Of a DNA stretch of 64,000 nt, positions 62,294 through 64,000 are shown piece after piece. How positions within the stretch are numbered: position 1 is the stretch's first letter; every line of letters starts with the position of its first letter. This DNA comes from Methanobacteriota archaeon (lineage in GTDB: Archaea > Halobacteriota > Bog-38 > Methanoflorentales > Methanoflorentaceae), in contig CAVRAO010000002.1 of NCBI GenBank assembly GCA_963719035.1, positions 736,001 to 800,000 on the forward strand. Direction: 5' to 3'. The notes below the pieces were generated by a model. It worked only from the letters and a program-made list of their open reading frames with translations, made no database searches and was not told the DNA's origin. Made by a program: the position numbers and the translations under genes.

Positions 62294-63079
62294 ATGCCTT
62301 CCTTAGAAACGATCCTCAAGAGGCTTACAAATGGGGAGATTAACCACAACGAGGCCGAACGCATCATCCGGCGTGAGCTCAAAATTGATGAATACGCGAG
62401 GGTTGCCGACATTGCAAAGCTTGATACGGCACGAATGCATCGGGTAGGCATTCCTGAAGTTGTCTTAGCTGAGGGCAAAAACACGGGAGATCTCCTCGCT
62501 ATCGTTGAAGCGCAACTCAAGGCTGAGGGGCGGGCGATTCTCACACGGGTCTCTGAGCAGCAACTGCAGGCACTTCAGCGATTTGATATCGAATGGCATG
62601 ATCGCGCCCGTATCGCCGTCATTGGAAAAAAGCCCCATTTTCAACATCGCGGACTGGTTGGCATCGTTTGCGCCGGTACTGCCGACATCTCAGTAGCCGA
62701 AGAGGCACGTGTCGTTGCAGAAGAGTTTGGTTGTATGACCCTTAAGTCCTACGACGTCGGCGTGGCGGGCATTCACAGACTGTACCCGGAGCTTCAGAAG
62801 CTACTTGACGCGGACGTGCTCATCGTTCTCGCTGGCAGAGAGGGGGCCCTTCCGACTGTCATCGCTGGTCTGACCGATATTCCGGTTATTGGCGTTCCGG
62901 TCTCAACGGGGTACGGCTTCGGTGGCCGAGGAGAGGCTGCGCTGCTAGCGATGCTGCAGTCGTGCTCGGTATTGGCCGTCGTGAACGTGGATGCGGGCTT
63001 TGTGGCCGGCGCTTTCGCCGCAAAAATCGCCACTCGAATGGCTCATTTGCCGCACTCCAACACTGAAGCAACTATTTAG
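62294..63079 (+). CDS. larB: LarB / NCAIR mutase-like protein
   Basis: GIPEVVLAEGK, AGTADISVAEEA, DVGVAGIHRL, AGREGALP, PVSTGYG. Confidence 0.9.
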   Translation: MPSLETILKRLTNGEINHNEAERIIRRELKIDEYARVADIAKLDTARMHRVGIPEVVLAEGKNTGDLLAIVEAQLKAEGRAILTRVSEQQLQALQRFDIEWHDRARIAVIGKKPHFQHRGLVGIVCAGTADISVAEEARVVAEEFGCMTLKSYDVGVAGIHRLYPELQKLLDADVLIVLAGREGALPTVIAGLTDIPVIGVPVSTGYGFGGRGEAALLAMLQSCSVLAVVNVDAGFVAGAFAAKIATRMAHLPHSNTEATI

Positions 63080-63286
63080 CGAAAAGGCATGTCGTACGAT
63101 TAAAACGCTAAATCGGCATCCTTATCCTTGTTTCACTGCCGAACTAAGAGAGTTAAACTACGTTTTCAAGTTCTAACGGCTTGCGATGGGCGCCCGTTTC
63201 AAAGCATTGCAACTGAAAAAAGTAGGTGAAGGGATGATGAGGGCCCGTCACGTCATCTCAAAAAAACTGAGCAGACGGACTGTTTA

Positions 63287-63775
63287 TTAGCGTAAAAGCA
63301 GCCCGATTCTCTGCTTTATCTCCTCAAGGCTATCTGTTTCGAAGCCAAAATAGTCAGCGAACGTTTTCGTAGTTCGCAATAATCTTGTTCTTCCGTAGGG
63401 CTCAGATTCGACGAGCTTGCGCGCCTCAAGTTCGTGAACGTGCCCGTAAGCCTTATTTCCCCGAATTTCAGCCACCTTCGACTGCGTGACCGGTTGATGG
63501 AATGCTATAACCGCAAGCGTGCGCAACGCTGGCGTTTCGAGGTCGCGCTGAGCGATCGGCCGCACCGCTTCGGCGTACTCACTCTTTACCTGCATGACCA
63601 CGTCTTCATCGGTCTGAACGATCTCGAGAGCGCCCCTCTCCCGATATTCCTTAACGAGTGACTCAACAATGTCTTCTACATCGGCATCAATACTCACGAT
63701 CGATTCAAGCTCAAGGAGCGTCAGCGGCCTGCCCGCGACGAACAACGCCGCCTCAACGAGTTCTCTATCCTTCAT
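63287..63775 (-). CDS. scpB: SMC-Scp complex subunit ScpB
   Basis: VEAALF, ALRTLAVIAFHQPVTQ, IRG, TTKTFADYFG. Confidence 0.92.
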   Translation of the reverse strand: MKDRELVEAALFVAGRPLTLLELESIVSIDADVEDIVESLVKEYRERGALEIVQTDEDVVMQVKSEYAEAVRPIAQRDLETPALRTLAVIAFHQPVTQSKVAEIRGNKAYGHVHELEARKLVESEPYGRTRLLRTTKTFADYFGFETDSLEEIKQRIGLLLR

Positions 63776-63800
63776 TGCCGCTCCTGAACTCGCACAGACG

Positions 63801-64000
63801 TCAAAGGTTTTTGCATGTGATTGAGAGGTCGCCGAACAGCTCCTTTTGCTCGAGCTGGATTTGGCGCCGTGTCGCCATAAAGAGCAACGGAATGTAGGTT
63901 TCGACAATGGCTTCAACCGTGTTGTCGACAATGAGCTCGCTAAAAAGAATCTTATCACGCGACGCGAAGCGACGCTTGAGCTCGCTCTTCATATCTTTCA
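63801..64000 (-). CDS. scpA: ScpA C-terminal winged-helix part (partial)
   Basis: FSELI...TYIPLLFM...LEQKELFGDL, directly upstream of scpB. Confidence 0.8.
   Translation of the reverse strand, partial: KDMKSELKRRFASRDKILFSELIVDNTVEAIVETYIPLLFMATRRQIQLEQKELFGDLSITCKNL

Overview
Archaeal chromosomal window, probably Halobacteriota-like (inferred from a PGF-CTERM protein, archaeal-type HisS and ScpA/ScpB, LarB, and DUF1616/DUF58/MoxR genes). Frameshifts are frequent, as expected of poorly polished long-read sequence. Bases 1-44 kb hold a surface-glycan/envelope region: GT4 glycosyltransferases, NDP-sugar epimerases, two AsnB-like and two CapK/PaaK-like ligases, a flippase, a CapA-like protein, a MoxR-DUF58-DUF4350-DUF4129 cluster and a large Ig-repeat surface protein. 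Bases 58.4-64 kb are housekeeping genes (hisI, hisS, larB, scpB, scpA). The standout feature is an ~8277-bp insert (49312-57588) that splits an O-methyltransferase gene in frame with no visible target duplication. The insert has three parts: (i) 189 consecutive A; (ii) a 1.2-kb tract with only 6 C on the + strand, which reads as C->T-converted high-GC DNA and hides an XRE-type HTH gene once T is allowed to be C; (iii) a high-GC phage-satellite-like module with an NrS-1-like primase-polymerase/SF3 helicase, inverted iterons, a serine recombinase, an HTH/TerS-like gene and a two-gene large terminase. This is either captured, tailed and deaminated foreign DNA or a read/assembly artefact. Only raw reads or PCR can decide.
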